Assembly (NCBI GenBank): GCA_046563655.1
Contig: CM102290.1
Coordinates: 3,348,001-3,412,000 of the forward strand
Direction: 5' to 3'
Length of the DNA stretch: 64,000 bases
Source: Yuukianura sp. NJ FZ-2021
Lineage: Eukaryota
The position numbers were made by a program, and so were the translations under genes. Positions 59,744 to 64,000 of the stretch are shown in pieces (positions within the stretch are counted from its first letter, which is position 1; each line of letters begins with the position of its first letter). The notes below the pieces were generated by a model. That model worked only from the letters and a program-made list of their open reading frames with translations. It was not told where the DNA came from and searched no databases.

Positions 59744-62700
59744 GGAATTGGAATTTTGAAAAATTCAGCTAAAATTAAACTTTTGGATATATTTGCCTTG
59801 CGGAAAATTCACGCGTACTCTACCCTCTCGAAATGTTGGTCTCGTGAAAAATTGACCTGTTCTCTAACTTTTTGACGTGACAAAATTTTTTGACAAAATT
59901 TCACTTTCACTTTTACTTTTTGAGGAATTGGAATTTTGAAAAATTCAGCTGAAATTCAACTTTTGGATATATTTGCCTTGCCGAAAATTCACGCGTACTC
60001 TACCCTCTCGAAATGTTGGTCTCGTGAAAAATTGACCTGTTCTCTAACTTTTTGACGTGACAAAATTTTTTGACAAAATTTCACTTTCACTTTTACTTTT
60101 TGAGGAATTGGAATTTTGAAAAATTCAGCTGAAATTCAACTTTTGGATATATTTGCCTTGCCGAAAATTCACGCGTACTCTACCCTCTCGAAATGTTGGT
60201 CTCGTGAAAAATTGACCTGTTCTCTAACTTTTTGACGTGACAAAATTTTTTGACAAAATTTCACTTTCACTTTTACTTTTTGAGGAATTGGAATTTTGAA
60301 AAATTCAGCTGAAATTCAACTTTTGGATATATTTGCCTTGCCGAAAATTCACGCGTACTCTACCCTCTCGAAATGTTGGTCTCGTGAAAAATTGACCTGT
60401 TCTCTAACTTTTTGACGTGACAAAATTTTTTGACAAAATTTCACTTTCACTTTTACTTTTTGAGGAATTGGAATTTTGAAAAATTCAGCTGAAATTCAAC
60501 TTTTGGATATATTTGCCTTGCCGAAAATTCACGCGTACTCTACCCTCTCGAAATGTTGGTCTCGTGAAAAATTGACCTGTTCTCTAACTTTTTGACGTGA
60601 CAAAATTTTTTGACAAAATTTCACTTTCACTTTTACTTTTTGAGGAATTGGAATTTTGAAAAATTCAGCTGAAATTCAACTTTTGGATATATTTGCCTTG
60701 CCGAAAATTCACGCGTACTCTACCCTCTCGAAATGTTGGTCTCGTGAAAAATTGACCTGTTCTCTAACTTTTTGACGTGACAAAATTTTTTGACAAAATT
60801 TCACTTTCACTTTTACTTTTTGAGGAATTGGAATTTTGAAAAATTCAGCTGAAATTCAACTTTTGGATATATTTGCCTTGCCGAAAATTCACGCGTACTC
60901 TACCCTCTCGAAATGTTGGTCTCGTGAAAAATTGACCTGTTCTCTAACTTTTTGACGTGACAAAATTTTTTGACAAAATTTCACTTTCACTTTTACTTTT
61001 TGAGGAATTGGAATTTTGAAAAATTCAGCTGAAATTCAACTTTTGGATATATTTGCCTTGCCGAAAATTCACGCGTACTCTACCCTCTCGAAATGTTGGT
61101 CTCGTGAAAAATTGACCTGTTCTCTAACTTTTTGACGTGACAAAATTTTTTGACAAAATTTCACTTTCACTTTTACTTTTTGAGGAATTGGAATTTTGAA
61201 AAATTCAGCTGAAATTCAACTTTTGGATATATTTGCCTTGCCGAAAATTCACGCGTACTCTACCCTCTCGAAATGTTGGTCTCGTGAAAAATTGACCTGT
61301 TCTCTAACTTTTTGACGTGACAAAATTTTTTGACAAAATTTCACTTTCACTTTTACTTTTTGAGGAATTGGAATTTTGAAAAATTCAGCTGAAATTCAAC
61401 TTTTGGATATATTTGCCTTGCCGAAAATTCACGCGTACTCTACCCTCTCGAAATGTTGGTCTCGTGAAAAATTGACCTGTTCTCTAACTTTTTGACGTGA
61501 CAAAATTTTTTGACAAAATTTCACTTTCACTTTTACTTTTTGAGGAATTGGAATTTTGAAAAATTCAGCTGAAATTCAACTTTTGGATATATTTGCCTTG
61601 CCGAAAATTCACGCGTACTCTACCCTCTCGAAATGTTGGTCTCGTGAAAAATTGACCTGTTCTCTAACTTTTTGACGTGACAAAATTTTTTGACAAAATT
61701 TCACTTTCACTTTTACTTTTTGAGGAATTGGAATTTTGAAAAATTCAGCTGAAATTCAACTTTTGGATATATTTGCCTTGCCGAAAATTCACGCGTACTC
61801 TACCCTCTCGAAATGTTGGTCTCGTGAAAAATTGACCTGTTCTCTAACTTTTTGACGTGACAAAATTTTTTGACAAAATTTCACTTTCACTTTTACTTTT
61901 TGAGGAATTGGAATTTTGAAAAATTCAGCTGAAATTCAACTTTTGGATATATTTGCCTTGCCGAAAATTCACGCGTACTCTACCCTCTCGAAATGTTGGT
62001 CTCGTGAAAAATTGACCTGTTCTCTAACTTTTTGACGTGACAAAATTTTTTGACAAAATTTCACTTTCACTTTTACTTTTTGAGGAATTGGAATTTTGAA
62101 AAATTCAGCTGAAATTCAACTTTTGGATATATTTGCCTTGCCGAAAATTCACGCGTACTCTACCCTCTCGAAATGTTGGTCTCGTGAAAAATTGACCTGT
62201 TCTCTAACTTTTTGACGTGACAAAATTTTTTGACAAAATTTCACTTTCACTTTTACTTTTTGAGGAATTGGAATTTTGAAAAATTCAGCTGAAATTCAAC
62301 TTTTGGATATATTTGCCTTGCCGAAAATTCACGCGTACTCTACCCTCTCGAAATGTTGGTCTCGTGAAAAATTGACCTGTTCTCTAACTTTTTGACGTGA
62401 CAAAATTTTTTGACAAAATTTCACTTTCACTTTTACTTTTTGAGGAATTGGAATTTTGAAAAATTCAGCTGAAATTCAACTTTTGGATATATTTGCCTTG
62501 CCGAAAATTCACGCGTACTCTACCCTCTCGAAATGTTGGTCTCGTGAAAAATTGACCTGTTCTCTAACTTTTTGACGTGACAAAATTTTTTGACAAAATT
62601 TCACTTTCACTTTTACTTTTTGAGGAATTGGAATTTTGAAAAATTCAGCTGAAATTCAACTTTTGGATATATTTGCCTTGCCGAAAATTCACGCGTACTC

Positions 62701-64000
62701 TACCCTCTCGAAATGTTGGTCTCGTGAAAAATTGACCTGTTCTCTAACTTTTTGACGTGACAAAATTTTTTGACAAAATTTCACTTTCACTTTTACTTTT
62801 TGAGGAATTGGAATTTTGAAAAATTCAGCTGAAATTCAACTTTTGGATATATTTGCCTTGCCGAAAATTCACGCGTACTCTACCCTCTCGAAATGTTGGT
62901 CTCGTGAAAAATTGACCTGTTCTCTAACTTTTTGACGTGACAAAATTTTTTGACAAAATTTCACTTTCACTTTTACTTTTTGAGGAATTGGAATTTTGAA
63001 AAATTCAGCTGAAATTCAACTTTTGGATATATTTGCCTTGCCGAAAATTCACGCGTACTCTACCCTCTCGAAATGTTGGTCTCGTGAAAAATTGACCTGT
63101 TCTCTAACTTTTTGACGTGACAAAATTTTTTGACAAAATTTCACTTTCACTTTTACTTTTTGAGGAATTGGAATTTTGAAAAATTCAGCTGAAATTCAAC
63201 TTTTGGATATATTTGCCTTGCCGAAAATTCACGCGTACTCTACCCTCTCGAAATGTTGGTCTCGTGAAAAATTGACCTGTTCTCTAACTTTTTGACGTGA
63301 CAAAATTTTTTGACAAAATTTCACTTTCACTTTTACTTTTTGAGGAATTGGAATTTTGAAAAATTCAGCTGAAATTCAACTTTTGGATATATTTGCCTTG
63401 CCGAAAATTCACGCGTACTCTACCCTCTCGAAATGTTGGTCTCGTGAAAAATTGACCTGTTCTCTAACTTTTTGACGTGACAAAATTTTTTGACAAAATT
63501 TCACTTTCACTTTTACTTTTTGAGGAATTGGAATTTTGAAAAATTCAGCTGAAATTCAACTTTTGGATATATTTGCCTTGCCGAAAATTCACGCGTACTC
63601 TACCCTCTCGAAATGTTGGTCTCGTGAAAAATTGACCTGTTCTCTAACTTTTTGACGTGACAAAATTTTTTGACAAAATTTCACTTTCACTTTTACTTTT
63701 TGAGGAATTGGAATTTTGAAAAATTCAGCTGAAATTCAACTTTTGGATATATTTGCCTTGCCGAAAATTCACGCGTACTCTACCCTCTCGAAATGTTGGT
63801 CTCGTGAAAAATTGACCTGTTCTCTAACTTTTTGACGTGACAAAATTTTTTGACAAAATTTCACTTTCACTTTTACTTTTTGAGGAATTGGAATTTTGAA
63901 AAATTCAGCTGAAATTCAACTTTTGGATATATTTGCCTTGCCGAAAATTCACGCGTACTCTACCCTCTCGAAATGTTGGTCTCGTGAAAAATTGACCTGT
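59744..64000. repeat. 180-bp tandem satellite array, about 23.6 copies in the window, continuing past the end
   Basis: The sequence recurs every three 60-nt lines. All copies appear identical except the first, which differs at 59771, 59777 and 59802. Confidence 0.99.

Noticed and set aside
59744..64000. CRISPR array
   Set aside because: Monomers are identical end to end with no unique spacers, there are no cas genes, and the context is eukaryotic.

Overview
AT-rich eukaryotic DNA from a compact, intron-rich animal genome (most introns about 55-100 bp). The ort-type histamine-gated chloride channel and pasiflora-2 point to an arthropod; the species cannot be determined here. Genes in order: 3' part of exportin-T (+), histamine-gated chloride channel ort/hclA (-), ornithine decarboxylase antizyme (-), phosducin-like protein 1 (-), the 22-kb bridge-like lipid transfer protein gene tweek/KIAA1109/BLTP1 (-), pasiflora-2 (+), a TRMT9B/KIAA1456-like methyltransferase with a very large low-complexity insert (-) and an insulin-like peptide (-). 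A gene-poor zone (about 53-59.6 kb) follows, then a 14-bp minisatellite and a near-perfect 180-bp satellite array running off the window end. Several non-autonomous foldback/MITE/Helitron-like elements lie in introns and intergenic DNA. The most notable signal is the antizyme +1 frameshift cassette: a non-canonical AUU-UGA shift site (usually UCC-UGA in animals) followed by a readable H-type pseudoknot. Gene identities come from recognising translated motifs by eye, not from database searches, and exon boundaries are manual GT-AG reconstructions.
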